NCBI GenBank assembly: GCA_008632985.1
Contig: QPGO01000075.1
Span: 250,517-314,516 of the forward strand
DNA length: 64,000 nt
DNA from: Psammoneis japonica
Lineage: Eukaryota
Direction of reading: 5' to 3'
Shown here: positions 62,723 to 64,000 of the stretch, piece by piece
Numbering within the stretch: position 1 is the first letter of the stretch
Layout: every line of letters starts with the position of its first letter
Made by a program: the position numbers and the translations under genes
The notes under the pieces: model-generated
Databases searched by the model: none
Told to the model about the DNA's origin: nothing
The model's input: only the letters and a program-made list of their open reading frames with translations

Positions 62723-63544
62723 GATTATCTCGGGAGAATCAGAAGTGACTTATTGAAAGATTTCAAATATGCTCTTTATGCGGGTTTGCCTCGTGATGGA
62801 CGAGTTCGGGTTGCAGACTGGGGAGCGGTGTTCGGGAATTGGTGTCGCGCTTCCATCGCATCATCTTTCATGGTCACGTTTCTCATACTTCTGATTCTCA
62901 TGGAAGCAAACAAGTCCCAAAATGGCCGAGGGGGTGCATAAACCAAGCCAAGACATGATGATTCTTCACAAAAAAGTACAAAGTTAAAAAAAGATGGCAA
63001 CGGAAACGTTTGCATCATCATCATTCATCATGCCACATCATGGCCGCGGCAAGAAGACGCACGATGCAGTCGTGACTTACTCGAATCTGAGCCACGAGTG
63101 ACGTCACTGTACTGTATGCGTAAAAATGTGTATGTACTACGCCTGTCTGTGCATCCGTCCCCTTCATTTCCGCGTTTTCAACGTTTCAGGCTCGCTCCTT
63201 TATCTCATCTGCCCCAGCAAGCAAAGTCATCAAGCTCAAAGCTACTGTAGCTCTACTTATTTTGGACGCAATAAAATTCTTTTGACTAGAAGGAATGACA
63301 ACCTCGCATCGTCGATCAGAAGGAGCAAACACACAAAAAGACATGCTACAATCAACAGCGAAATACAAACTAGAGTAGTGCGCGTCTCTCTATAGACTTG
63401 GGCACACAAGGTACGGTCATGTTTGACGTGACATAATTAGTGCAAGAACAAGATTTATATAAAGTAATGTCTAAGTAAGCTGTAAAAAAATCGATCTTTT
63501 GAACCCATTCCTCAAAATCAATTCGAATTCCAATCCAGAACTCC

Positions 63545-64000
63545 CTATAAGACCATTCGGCCCATTCCGTCCGTGGTCGCCGGCAAGACTTGCGGCCCAT
63601 CCAATCGTTGCATAGCTCTATTACTAGTCAAATTGGAAGAATACAATCGAATAGCACTCTGAATCGGACAATGGCCAACTGGACAGGCACACTTGTTCTG
63701 AACCACCAAATCGGCACACTCGTCACAGAGACACGCATGACCACATGGAATGAGAGCATGCGACACTTGCCGAGTGCCACACTCGACACAGGGTTGAATG
63801 CGTGACTCGTGTGGAATCCACAACGTCATGGGCGGAGTGCCCTGCACTCCCGATCCCACCACGACACGCCATCCCATGGACGGCGGCAACTCGTTCTTTT
63901 CACCCGTCGCCATGGCCGCATACAAATCCGTATCGTATCTGGTTCCCGGAGCGTGCTGTTTGGAACAAATCGATAGATACCACCGACTCGACTTGTCCGA
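63545..64000 (-). CDS. C-terminal part of a RING-finger protein (5' end probably outside the window)
   Basis: CVEC..ALIPCGHACLCDECA..CPVGHCPI..AIRLY, a C3HC4-like RING with an atypical last ligand pair. Confidence 0.7.
   Translation of the reverse strand, partial: SDKSSRWYLSICSKQHAPGTRYDTDLYAAMATGEKNELPPSMGWRVVVGSGVQGTPPMTLWIPHESRIQPCVECGTRQVSHALIPCGHACLCDECADLVVQNKCACPVGHCPIQSAIRLYSSNLTSNRAMQRLDGPQVLPATTDGMGRMVL

Larger units (their letters stand above)
58311..63110. repeat. Segmental duplication of ~49190-54110 (HA 3' half + LRR gene + upstream region)
   Basis: Colinear high identity from tgggt..cccaaag..caccgtaagctacgtg to aatctgagccacgagtgacgtcac. Confidence 0.93.

Overview
Eukaryotic, intron-containing DNA, most consistent with a diatom (inferred from gene content: DNMT5-type methyltransferase, type-II membrane LRR proteins, helicase-associated-domain protein, short GT-AG introns). 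Ordinary gene-rich DNA holds CSRNP-like, LSM7, class-3 lipase, CRAL-TRIO-like, SWEET, reprolysin-like protease, S10 carboxypeptidase, DUF5939-type cyclase, F-box/LON-like, DNMT5-SNF2, HA-domain, two LRR and one RING gene. It alternates with four domains (about 1-3970, 12000-24640, 36300-39120, 54200-58310) that have lost almost all TpA dinucleotides and, to varying degrees, CpG. Duplicated fragments inside these domains can be aligned to intact copies elsewhere in the window. They show directional TpA->TpG/CpA substitution (A:T->G:C, mostly in TAY context) running ahead of CpG decay, turning Tyr codons into His/Cys and erasing TAA/TAG stops. This looks like a region-targeted hypermutation process with polarity opposite to fungal RIP, acting on transposon-like DNA and spilling into neighbouring genes. 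It is the main candidate novel system here; I know of no description of it but could not search. Most short Cys/His/Gln/Trp-rich ORFs in the ORF track are by-products of this bias. All counts were made by eye and are approximate.
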